A DNA stretch of 44,739 nucleotides from a virus (Duplodnaviria; Caudoviricetes), in IMG/VR virus record IMGVR_UViG_3300010362_000035, positions 1-44,739 of that record, one strand, 5' to 3'. Shown one piece after another: positions 36,164 to 43,759 of this stretch. Positions within the stretch are counted from its first letter, which is position 1, and every line of letters begins with the position of its first letter. The notes beneath the pieces were generated by a model. It made no database searches and had not been told where the DNA came from. It saw nothing but the letters and a program-made list of their open reading frames with translations. Made by a program: the position numbers and the translations under genes.

Positions 36164-36790
36164 CTACGGCTTCTCGATGAGGAGCGGGCCCTCGCCGTGA
36201 TTGACGTCGCCGCCCTTGCCGCAATCCTCGCAATGCCAGTAGTCGGCCTCCGGGCTCTCGCCGTCCTCCGCCCACATGCCCAGATCCGTAGAGCCGCAGG
36301 CGGGGCAGGCGGGATCCTGCTCCCCGAAGCTCGCCGCCGCCTCAGCCTGCGGCGAGTCGATGTGCGCGAGGCGCGCGAGCGGGTACTTCTGCATCCAGCC
36401 GTTGCCGGGGTCGCTCTCGCTCTCCGCCCTGACGAGGGCCTCCTCGCCCTCGATATCGACGATGATGCCCGTAGCGATGATCCCGCCGGGGGCGGCATCG
36501 CTGAGGATCGCCACCTCATCGCCTGCGCCGATCCATTCCGCGCCCTCGCCCAGATGCGAGAGCGGCGTGGGCTCGCTGGGGAGCGTGTGGCCCTGCGGGT
36601 AGTAGAGGCCGGGCATCTCGCCTTCGAGATCGCATCCGATGCCGGATAGCTGGACGAAGACGCGGCCGTCGGGATCGGCCTCGCAGGCGAGGCGGAGCTT
36701 GCAGTCGCCCTCCGGGCCCGCGGCGATCTCGACTTCGAGATGCTCGCCGGGGCTGAGGCGCTGAGGCTGGACGTACTTCATGCGGGTCAT
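36164..36790 (-). CDS. Hypothetical acidic protein with C-terminal zinc ribbon
   Basis: CPACG...CEDCG; own promoter/leader and terminator. Confidence 0.75.
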   Translation of the reverse strand: MTRMKYVQPQRLSPGEHLEVEIAAGPEGDCKLRLACEADPDGRVFVQLSGIGCDLEGEMPGLYYPQGHTLPSEPTPLSHLGEGAEWIGAGDEVAILSDAAPGGIIATGIIVDIEGEEALVRAESESDPGNGWMQKYPLARLAHIDSPQAEAAASFGEQDPACPACGSTDLGMWAEDGESPEADYWHCEDCGKGGDVNHGEGPLLIEKP

Positions 36791-36793
36791 GCT

Positions 36794-36841
36794 TCCTCCT
36801 GGGGGATTCGGGTACAGAGAGCATCGTACCAAATGGGACGC
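36794..36841 (-). promoter_or_regulatory. Putative promoter/leader TACGAT-N7-GTACCCGAATCCCCCAGGAGG with overlapping 15-bp box
   Basis: Near-copy of the 1048-1096 element. Confidence 0.65.
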
Positions 36842-36874
36842 GCCTTGAGCCCGAATCCCGCGCAGGAGATGGGC

Positions 36875-37276
36875 TCAGCGGTAGCCGCAGACGGGCCAGT
36901 CGGCCCAGGAGCCCCGCCGCAGGAAGACCCGGACGGCCCGGTACTTCTGCTCCAGCGGCGAAGCCCAGTGGGGCATCCCCCGCCCGCCGGCGGAGAGCCA
37001 GGTGCCGACGGTGAATTGCAGGCCTCCGAAAAAGCCGTTGCCTGTCGCGATATGCCAGCGCATCCCGCTTTCGCACATCGCGATGCGGTTCAGCTTGGCG
37101 TTGTAGGGCCTGACGACGGCCCAGCGCGAGGCGCGCCGGCGGACGATCTTCTGGGGGGCGGATCGATGATGCCCTCCCTGGGCCGCATGAGCGCGAGGGG
37201 CCTCCGCCATCATTGCGCTGGCGGAGGGAGGGGCGGCGAGCGCGAGCGCGGCCGCCGCCGGGATGACGTATCGCAT
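36875..37276 (-). CDS. rpf: Secreted resuscitation-promoting factor (Rpf)-like lytic transglycosylase
   Basis: Signal peptide; IAMCESG-W---TGNGFFGGLQF---TW...ASPLEQ...WPVCG is the Rpf domain consensus with catalytic Glu and two Cys. Confidence 0.9.
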   Translation of the reverse strand: MRYVIPAAAALALAAPPSASAMMAEAPRAHAAQGGHHRSAPQKIVRRRASRWAVVRPYNAKLNRIAMCESGMRWHIATGNGFFGGLQFTVGTWLSAGGRGMPHWASPLEQKYRAVRVFLRRGSWADWPVCGYR

Positions 37277-37291
37277 AGCTGTCCTCCGCGA

Positions 37292-37483
37292 TCACCTCTC
37301 CGGCGCGCTTGGCTTCCTCAGCCGCGCCGGCCGTGACCGGGGGGCCCTCCTCTCTGGGGGTTCGGCCCGCTCAAGCTCCGCGAGCTCTTCGGGCGTTGGT
37401 TGGTCCTCCGGCTCCGCCGGAAGCTCTTCGTCGCGCGCCAGGCGGGCGGCGGCCTTGAGGTCGCGGCTCTCGCGATCCCTCAT
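37292..37483 (-). CDS. Hypothetical protein (63 aa)
   Basis: ATGA-coupled to the C5 MTase. Confidence 0.5.
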   Translation of the reverse strand: MRDRESRDLKAAARLARDEELPAEPEDQPTPEELAELERAEPPERRAPRSRPARLRKPSAPER

Positions 37484-38769
37484 CGAGCGGCCTCGTATTC
37501 GAGGATCCGCCGGCCGATCCATTCCGCGATCTGCGGGACGAGGGCGTTCCCTAGCGCCCTAAGTCGGTCCACGCGAGCGGGAATCCCATGAGCCACTCGA
37601 CCCACGTCGGGTTCAGCGCCCCACCACGCCGCTCCGTCTCCGGGCCATCCGGCGGGGGGCCACCGCGGTGCTCGCGGGCCACGGCCGTCGCGAGGTCGTC
37701 CCCGCCGCTCCCCTCCCGATCCGCCCGCGCGTAGTCCGGCCCCGACGGGCTCGACTTCGGGGTCGGCCAGAGCCTCGCAGGCGGAGCGCCGGAAGCAGGC
37801 CTCATGCTCGTCGTATCCGCCGGCGGGCCTGCCACAGTAGATGCATCGTGGAAGATCGCCGTCGCCAGCGTCACCGCCCGCTTGCTCCCGGAGGGCCGCT
37901 GGCCGCCAAGCTCCGCGCTCCTCCGCCCCCCGCTCCCGTCGCTCGCCTCCGGCGTCGGCCAGAGCTTCCCCTCCCGGACGACCACCTCGTTGAGGGGGCG
38001 CGAGTTGCGCGCATGCGTCGCCTCCGACGCCTCCCCCGACCGCCAGTCGCGCGCCGCCGGCGTAGGCCAGAGCTTCTCGAGCTCGCTCCGATTGACGGCC
38101 CGCCCTAGCTCGTTGCCCGACGGCCCCGGCCGGCGCGGCTCCCCCGGCTTCGCCATCCCATGCGGCGTCGGCCACTCGTTGCGGCGCGCCATCGTCGACA
38201 GCGAGGGCGTCCCCGCCGACGGGCGCTCGAAGGCCCCGCCCTTCCCGTTGATCCCGTTCTGGCTGGAGCCGTACTCCGTCGCCGCAGGGGTAGGCAATAA
38301 GCCAGAGGCGGTCCCTCTGGTGAGGGGCACCGAAGGCGCTCGCGGGTAGACAGTCCCATTCCGCATCGAACCCGCGCGCGGCAAGGTCGGCAAGGACGGT
38401 ATCGAGGCCTCTAGCAGCGAGAGTTGGGACGTTCTCCACGAGGACGTAGCTGGGTCGAAGCTCGCCAACGAGGCGAGCAAACTCCCGCCAAAGACCCGAC
38501 CGCTCGCCGGCGATCCCGGCCCCGCGGCCGGCGACGGAGATGTCCTGGCAGGGGAAGCCCCCGCAGAGGAGGTCGACGGGCTCGACATACTCGCCTCTCA
38601 AGGATCGGACGTCGGGATAGCAGGGGATCCGGGGCCAATGGCGGTGAAGGACGCGCTGGCAGAAGGGGTCGTTCTCGCAGTGCCATGCGATGCGGAAGCC
38701 GGCGCGCTGCAAGCCAAGCTCCCAGCCCCCGATCCCGGAGAAGAGGCCGCCGACGCTCAGACGCCGCAC
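37480..38769 (-). CDS. DNA cytosine-5 methyltransferase, catalytic (alpha) chain
   Basis: LFSGIGG (I), GGFPCQD (IV), VENV (VI), QRDRLW (VIII), LGNALVP (X); start 38769 or 38781. Confidence 0.9.
   Translation of the reverse strand: MRRLSVGGLFSGIGGWELGLQRAGFRIAWHCENDPFCQRVLHRHWPRIPCYPDVRSLRGEYVEPVDLLCGGFPCQDISVAGRGAGIAGERSGLWREFARLVGELRPSYVLVENVPTLAARGLDTVLADLAARGFDAEWDCLPASAFGAPHQRDRLWLIAYPCGDGVRLQPERDQREGRGLRAPVGGDALAVDDGAPQRVADAAWDGEAGGAAPAGAVGQRARAGRQSERAREALAYAGGARLAVGGGVGGDACAQLAPPQRGGRPGGEALADAGGERRERGAEERGAWRPAALREQAGGDAGDGDLPRCIYCGRPAGGYDEHEACFRRSACEALADPEVEPVGAGLRAGGSGGERRGRPRDGRGPRAPRWPPAGWPGDGAAWWGAEPDVGRVAHGIPARVDRLRALGNALVPQIAEWIGRRILEYEAAR
37551..38588 (-). CDS. Overprinted second (beta/TRD-like) chain of the C5 methyltransferase
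   Basis: 345-aa ORF nested in another frame of the same strand; five (L/W)PTP repeats and terminal LNPTWVEWLMGFP (motif IX-like). Confidence 0.7.
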   Translation of the reverse strand: MSSPSTSSAGASPARTSPSPAAGPGSPASGRVFGGSLLASLASFDPATSSWRTSQLSLLEASIPSLPTLPRAGSMRNGTVYPRAPSVPLTRGTASGLLPTPAATEYGSSQNGINGKGGAFERPSAGTPSLSTMARRNEWPTPHGMAKPGEPRRPGPSGNELGRAVNRSELEKLWPTPAARDWRSGEASEATHARNSRPLNEVVVREGKLWPTPEASDGSGGRRSAELGGQRPSGSKRAVTLATAIFHDASTVAGPPADTTSMRPASGAPPARLWPTPKSSPSGPDYARADREGSGGDDLATAVAREHRGGPPPDGPETERRGGALNPTWVEWLMGFPLAWTDLGR

Positions 38770-39569
38770 ATGCCCTCGCATTCAGCCCCGAAGAGATCCA
38801 TCTGGCCGAAGTCCTCCGGCGTGCGGAGATCTACCTCCTCCAGCGGGAGCCCGGAGTAATGCACGAAGAGCTCGCCCTCGACCTGCGGCATCTTCCGGAT
38901 CGCGCGGTCGAAGGCGACGGCGTCGGCCCAGAGCCCGGCGTCGGCCTTGATCTCCCGCCACTGAGGATTCGAGTGGTACGGGCAGGCGATGCAAGCGCTC
39001 TTCGGGGGCTCCGGATAGCCGTGCCGGCTCATCCAGAGCTTGCAGTCGTGGCGCGTCATCCGCCGCTCGATCAACGGCCAGGCGGCGCGCGCCCAGGGGA
39101 CGCGGGAGGGCTTCATGCGCTGGATCTCGTCGAAGGAGATCCCGATCCACTGCTCGACGGGCTCGCCCTTCCGGCCCCCGTAGCCGCGCCGGCGGATCTC
39201 GTCGAAGATCGCCTTGAGCTTGTACTGGTTCGTGCACTGCCGCCACATCTGCCCGCGAGGCCGCCCGCCGCCCCGGACGTGCAGCGGGATCGGCGGCGGG
39301 CCCTTCCCTCCGTGCCGCTGGCGCTCGAGTCCGTCGAGGTAGTCGTCGCGCAGATTGCCGCGCGAGACGCGGACGATCTCGATCCGGCCGGCGACCTCCG
39401 CTTCGAGGAAGGAGAGCCAGTCGTAGACGGCGGGCGGCTCCCAGCCGGTGTCGGCAAAGATCGCCGCCTCCGGGGAGCCGTACTCCTCAAGCTCGCCGGC
39501 ACAGGCCATGAGCAGCATCGTCGAGGACTGGACGCCTGCGCCCAGGGAGATGAAGATCGGCCGGCTCAT
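38757..39569 (-). CDS. PP-loop (PAPS reductase / adenine nucleotide alpha-hydrolase-like) Cys-rich protein
   Basis: ISLGAGVQSS, IFADTGWE, RQCTxxYK, WIGISxDE, KSACIACPY, terminal ECEGMC. Confidence 0.8.
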   Translation of the reverse strand: MSRPIFISLGAGVQSSTMLLMACAGELEEYGSPEAAIFADTGWEPPAVYDWLSFLEAEVAGRIEIVRVSRGNLRDDYLDGLERQRHGGKGPPPIPLHVRGGGRPRGQMWRQCTNQYKLKAIFDEIRRRGYGGRKGEPVEQWIGISFDEIQRMKPSRVPWARAAWPLIERRMTRHDCKLWMSRHGYPEPPKSACIACPYHSNPQWREIKADAGLWADAVAFDRAIRKMPQVEGELFVHYSGLPLEEVDLRTPEDFGQMDLFGAECEGMCGV

Positions 39570-40705
39570 TCGAGGCCCTCCATCGGCGCGCAGAGCTTCG
39601 CCGCTTTCATCGGGTCGCCCTTGACGAAGACGAGGAGGTTCTGGTGGATGCGGGCGATCTTCGCGGAGGGGATGAGGAAGCGCCCTACCCGCTGGGGGGC
39701 CGTGCCGGGGCTGTTGACGATGATGAGGTCGTTGTAGAAGCGCAGGCCGGCCTCCTCGAAGGTCGCGATGGTCTCCCCCACGAAGCCTTTGTAGAGGCCG
39801 GGGGGCGGCCCTCGAAGCTCGCTGACGACGAAGGCGGCGAAGCGATCGGGGCGGAGCCTGCTCGCGGCGTCCGCGATGGCGTCCTGATAGCCGCGCTGGA
39901 ACTCCGGCCAGTCCATCCCGGAGAGATCGGCATCGAGGTCGGAGTAGCGCTCAAGGTCGTGGTAGGGCGGGCAGGAGAAGAGGAAGTCCGCCGGCGGCGG
40001 CGCATGCTTCTGCTGGGCGGCCTCGCGCGCGAGGCGCGGCGCGGTCGGCGGCGGCTTCCGGGCGTCGCCCTCATACCAGCGGGGGCGATGCGCGACCGTC
40101 CCGAACATCCCCTTCGGCGCGAAGATCTGGAGCGCCTGGCGGCGGTTGGCGCGCACCTGCTCCTGGCGAAGCTCGACGCCGACGTAGGGATGGTCGAGGG
40201 CGGCGGCGACGATGCCGCGCACGGCCCCGCCGGCGAAGGGGTCGTAGATGAGGCCGCCCGGCGGGCACCACCAGCGGTAGCAGGCCTCCGCCACGACGGG
40301 GTCGAAGATCGAGGTCGAGCGCTCGATGCTCCCGTTGCGCTCCGGCGGCTCATACAGGCCGGAGTCGATGAACTCCCGCATCGAGAAGCTCCGGCCCGTC
40401 TGCTCCTCCGCCGCGCGCTTCTTGTCGTAGAAGGCCCCGTCGCGCATCGCCGGCGAGAAGTTCAGGAGGTTGTCCTCGCGCCCGATGAAGCGCTCCGGCT
40501 CGATCCCCAGAAGCTCCCAGTCGCGCCGGCGCTCCTTGTGCGGGCCCGCCATCGTCCAGATGATCGAGAAGGGCGGGATCCGGAAGCGCGAGCGCAGATC
40601 CGGATTCGCGATCGGTGCTCGCCGGAGATCTCCCAGCGCCATCTCCTGCTGTGCGGGGGGAAGCCGGCGCGCGGGGGCGGCGGGGGCGTCGGGCACGGGC
40701 GGCAT
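39566..40705 (-). CDS. SAM-dependent amino-methyltransferase-fold DNA-modifying enzyme (atypical SCPPY)
   Basis: SIFDPVVAE, IYDPFAGGAVRG (motif I), GVELRQEQV, DFLFSCPPYHDLERYS (motif IV), HQNLLVFVKG. Confidence 0.85.
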   Translation of the reverse strand: MPPVPDAPAAPARRLPPAQQEMALGDLRRAPIANPDLRSRFRIPPFSIIWTMAGPHKERRRDWELLGIEPERFIGREDNLLNFSPAMRDGAFYDKKRAAEEQTGRSFSMREFIDSGLYEPPERNGSIERSTSIFDPVVAEACYRWWCPPGGLIYDPFAGGAVRGIVAAALDHPYVGVELRQEQVRANRRQALQIFAPKGMFGTVAHRPRWYEGDARKPPPTAPRLAREAAQQKHAPPPADFLFSCPPYHDLERYSDLDADLSGMDWPEFQRGYQDAIADAASRLRPDRFAAFVVSELRGPPPGLYKGFVGETIATFEEAGLRFYNDLIIVNSPGTAPQRVGRFLIPSAKIARIHQNLLVFVKGDPMKAAKLCAPMEGLE

Positions 40706-40706
40706 G

Positions 40707-40814
40707 CTATCGCCTCCTTGAGCAGATCACGAGCGCGACGGTGAAGATCGCCGCGCCCACGGCCAGGGCGAGCCAGAGGGCCGCCATGAGATCCACGCGA
40801 GCGAGCCTAGCCAT
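40707..40814 (-). CDS. Tiny single-TM protein (35 aa, MARLARVDLMAALWLALAVG...), absent from the ORF track
   Basis: Read manually; fills the gap exactly; TM helix plus basic tail. Confidence 0.55.
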   Translation of the reverse strand: MARLARVDLMAALWLALAVGAAIFTVALVICSRRR

Positions 40815-41424
40815 AGATCGTCGGCAGGAGGTAGCCCTTCCCGACGGCCGTCAGAAGCTCGTCGGCGAGCGCGAGCGAGACGCGCCGGCTCCCATGCCTC
40901 AGCCGGTACAGCTTCCGCGCCTGCCCCTTCGTCGCCCCATGCCAGTCGGCGGGCAGAGCCTTGAGCAGCGGCGCGAGCTCCAGCCGCGAGCCGGAGCGCG
41001 CCTCCTCGTACGCGCCGGCGGCGCTCTTCATCCGGAAGGCGGGGCTCCTGCCCTGCCGCTCGAGTCGCAGCACGTAGGAGATGCGCTGGGAGGCGAGATA
41101 CGCCTGATAGCGCTCCGGATCCTGCTTGAGCCGCTCGTAGTAGCGCCGCGCGCTCGCCCGCGACGCCTCCCGATTGCGCTCCCGCCATGAGCGCGCCCAC
41201 TCCCGCTGGCGCTCGCGCGTCCGCGCCAGCCGCTCCGGCGACGAGCGCGCCCGTACCCGCTGGATGCGCGCGAGCTCGCGCCGGCAGGGGCGGCAGTAGG
41301 AGTCCGGGGCCGGGGAGCCGTCCTTCCGCCGCCCGTTCTGCGCGAAGTCCCGGAGCGCCTTCTCCTCCTCGCATCGATTGCAGCGCTTGAGGGCGTCGGG
41401 GCCCTCCCGGTAGGCCGGGGTCAT
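40807..41424 (-). CDS. Zinc-finger plus coiled-coil DNA-binding protein
   Basis: KRCNRCEEEKALRDF...SYCRPC; basic helical middle; possible C-terminal HTH. Confidence 0.7.
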   Translation of the reverse strand: MTPAYREGPDALKRCNRCEEEKALRDFAQNGRRKDGSPAPDSYCRPCRRELARIQRVRARSSPERLARTRERQREWARSWRERNREASRASARRYYERLKQDPERYQAYLASQRISYVLRLERQGRSPAFRMKSAAGAYEEARSGSRLELAPLLKALPADWHGATKGQARKLYRLRHGSRRVSLALADELLTAVGKGYLLPTIYG

Positions 41425-41906
41425 GGCTCAAGCCTCCAGATCGAGATCTGCACGCCCGGGGCCCCGTAGATCTTCGCGACGGCCAATTCGACGACGGCGG
41501 AGTCGTCGGCGTAGATCACACCCGTCAGCGCGTCCTCGACGGCGCGCGCGAGCTTGAGGGCGTCCGGGCGCGTCGTCGGCACGCGAGGAGCCCCCTCGCG
41601 CAGGAGATGGGAATTGCGCCCCGCACGGAAATGGCTCTTCGGGCGGGGGCGGGCGAAGACGAGGACCAGCCGGCAGGCCCGGAGCTTCGGGCCGCCGTAG
41701 GCGCGCATCACGACCTCCCGTACGTCGCCGCGCCAAGCCTCCCCGCTCTCCCCGCTCGAGTCCTTCGTGAACGTCACGAACTTCCCGTCGGCGCGCTTGA
41801 TCGGCACGCGCTCCCCCGCCGCATTCTTCTTCGTCGCGACGCCGCTGACCTTCGAGCCGGCCGGCATCGCCCGCCCCGGCACGAAAACATCGAGCACCTC
41901 CCTCAT
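41421..41906 (-). CDS. rusA: RusA-family Holliday junction resolvase
   Basis: FVPGRAMPAGSK, RPKSH, PDALKLARAVEDALTGVIYADDSAVV. Confidence 0.88.
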   Translation of the reverse strand: MREVLDVFVPGRAMPAGSKVSGVATKKNAAGERVPIKRADGKFVTFTKDSSGESGEAWRGDVREVVMRAYGGPKLRACRLVLVFARPRPKSHFRAGRNSHLLREGAPRVPTTRPDALKLARAVEDALTGVIYADDSAVVELAVAKIYGAPGVQISIWRLEP

Positions 41907-42163
41907 GCCAGCCACGTCCTTCGCCAGAGCTTCGGGCCTACGCGAACCACAAGCCCGCGGCGCTGTAGCGAATTGAGCCGCCCGCAGACGAGGAACCACG
42001 CGTAGCGACTCCGGGGACCATGATCGGGGAAGGCGGCGAGGCAGATCTGCTCCGTCGTATGCGCCTCGACCCGCGAGAGGCCAACAAGAATCTGGGCGTC
42101 ATGCTCGCGATCTAGCCGCGTCTGCCACGCCGGCGCGCTGTAGCCGTAGGGAAACCCGCTCAT
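41903..42163 (-). CDS. Small winged-helix-like protein (86 aa)
   Basis: RLNSLQRRGLVVRVG...W; ATGA overlaps. Confidence 0.55.
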   Translation of the reverse strand: MSGFPYGYSAPAWQTRLDREHDAQILVGLSRVEAHTTEQICLAAFPDHGPRSRYAWFLVCGRLNSLQRRGLVVRVGPKLWRRTWLA

Positions 42164-42450
42164 GGCAGGAGAAGCTTCCGGGGGAGCGGCTGGCCCGTGA
42201 TCCGCGCCCAGCGCGCCTCGCTCCTCAGCGCCCCGTCCTGGCGCACCTTCGTGCATTCGAGGACGAGCACGGCGGCGGAGGGGAGGAACTGCCCGCCCTG
42301 GCGGAGCACGCGCCGCATCGCGCAGTCGACCTCCTCGTCGGAGTAGATATCCAGCACCGTCCGGTACGCGAGCGCCTTCGCCTCGCTCATCCCGCCCTGC
42401 CAGCACTCGTTCAGGAGCAGAGCGCAGGCGGCCCAGCCCCGATCGGTCAT
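42160..42450 (-). CDS. Putative helicase loader/inhibitor-like replication protein
   Basis: Size, helical pattern, FLPSAA motif and position after a replication-like gene. Confidence 0.5.
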   Translation of the reverse strand: MTDRGWAACALLLNECWQGGMSEAKALAYRTVLDIYSDEEVDCAMRRVLRQGGQFLPSAAVLVLECTKVRQDGALRSEARWARITGQPLPRKLLLP

Positions 42451-42863
42451 CGCAGTTGCGCCAGACAGGCGGCGGAGAAAGCCGCGCGCTCCTCCCGCGC
42501 CGACGGAGGCCTCCGCCTGGCCGTCCCCCTCGCCTCCTCCCGGGCCCGCTCAATCGCGCGCGGCCCGAAAACCACGCCCGTCGAAGGAGCCCCATCCCAC
42601 CACGGGCTCGCCGCCGCCGCCCGGATCATCGCCTCCCCCTCCGCCAGCGAGATCGGCGGCACGGCGTCCTCCAGCGCCCCCAGGATCCGCGACAGCGCCT
42701 CGCTGGGCCTCCCCGAACGCTTGAACGGCGAGAGCCTGGTGCCCATCGCCTCGTTAAAGCAATGAAGAAGCCAGAGCGCCTCCTCGACCCGATCCCTCGC
42801 GAGAGGCCGCCTCCTGAAAGCGATCCGCGGGCCGGAAGGAACGAGCTCCATCTGCTCTGGCAT
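42447..42863 (-). CDS. Hypothetical protein, possibly replication-associated
   Basis: AGGAGG RBS; resemblance to initiator C-terminal regions is weak. Confidence 0.6.
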   Translation of the reverse strand: MPEQMELVPSGPRIAFRRRPLARDRVEEALWLLHCFNEAMGTRLSPFKRSGRPSEALSRILGALEDAVPPISLAEGEAMIRAAAASPWWDGAPSTGVVFGPRAIERAREEARGTARRRPPSAREERAAFSAACLAQLR

Positions 42864-42986
42864 CGAGGGCCTCCTGGGGGCGAAGGGCGAAGCACGCCGG
42901 CGGCGCGCTCTGTTTCGGGCGAGGGAAGAAGCTACTCCCCTCGCCGGCGCGCCGAAGCGCCAGAAGCCGCTACGAGCGGAAAACGG

Positions 42987-43754
42987 CTAGGCCGCCTCCG
43001 CGAGCCCCCGCCTGTAAGGAGCTTTGCCCTCTGCGGCGTCGCGTACCTCGCGCGAGACGGCGCGGGCGGCTCCGCCGCCGCCGGAGTACGTAGTCCCCAG
43101 GGCCCGGCGGATGATCTGTATCGGCGGCACGGCGCGCAGGCGCGCCTCCTTCTCCGCCCCCAGGCAAAGCTCCTCCGCTTCGAGGTAGTAGGCCACGCCC
43201 TGGATGAGATGCCCGCTGGTAGCCCCCTGGTCCCCCAGCCACCAGTCAGCAACATGCGAGAGCGTGGCTTCGAGGAGCGCCGGCGAGCGCCGGTAGATCG
43301 AGTCGAGGGCGTGGATCGCCCGGATGTTCGTCCGGACCTGGTGGCCGCCATTGACGGAGAAGCCGGCCGCAGTCGCCATCCGCTCGATCTCCACGGCCTG
43401 TTCCTCCCCCCGGAAGAGCCGCGCCTTATAGCGCTGGCCCTGCGTCAACTGCCGCCGCCCGACCTGCAAAGCAACGAAGAGCTCAGCCTCCTCTTCGGGC
43501 GAGAGCGCGTCGTGCACGATGCAGGGCACATGCTTGACGCCCGCCTGGCGAGCCAACTCCGCTCGATGCTGGCCGTCGAAGATCGCGAAGCGCCGGCCGC
43601 GCCGGGATACCTCAAGGACGCCGAACAGCCGCCAGTCGAAGCCTTCGCGCACCTTCGCGCGAATCCACGCGGCGTGGATCTCGCGCTGATAGCGGTCGTC
43701 TACGAACAGCGCCGACAGCGGGAGCATCCGCAGGGGCGCAGGAATGTCAGGCAT
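42987..43754 (-). CDS. ParB/Srx-fold protein
   Basis: LFVDDRYQR...FGVLEVSRR...AIFDGQHR...EEAELF; AGGAGG RBS. Confidence 0.8.
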   Translation of the reverse strand: MPDIPAPLRMLPLSALFVDDRYQREIHAAWIRAKVREGFDWRLFGVLEVSRRGRRFAIFDGQHRAELARQAGVKHVPCIVHDALSPEEEAELFVALQVGRRQLTQGQRYKARLFRGEEQAVEIERMATAAGFSVNGGHQVRTNIRAIHALDSIYRRSPALLEATLSHVADWWLGDQGATSGHLIQGVAYYLEAEELCLGAEKEARLRAVPPIQIIRRALGTTYSGGGGAARAVSREVRDAAEGKAPYRRGLAEAA

Positions 43755-43759
43755 TGAGT

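Noticed and set aside
38757-39569. DndC phosphorothioation system or sulfate-assimilation cysH auxiliary gene
   Set aside because: No other dnd/ssp or cys genes are present; the context is DNA methyltransferase-like genes.
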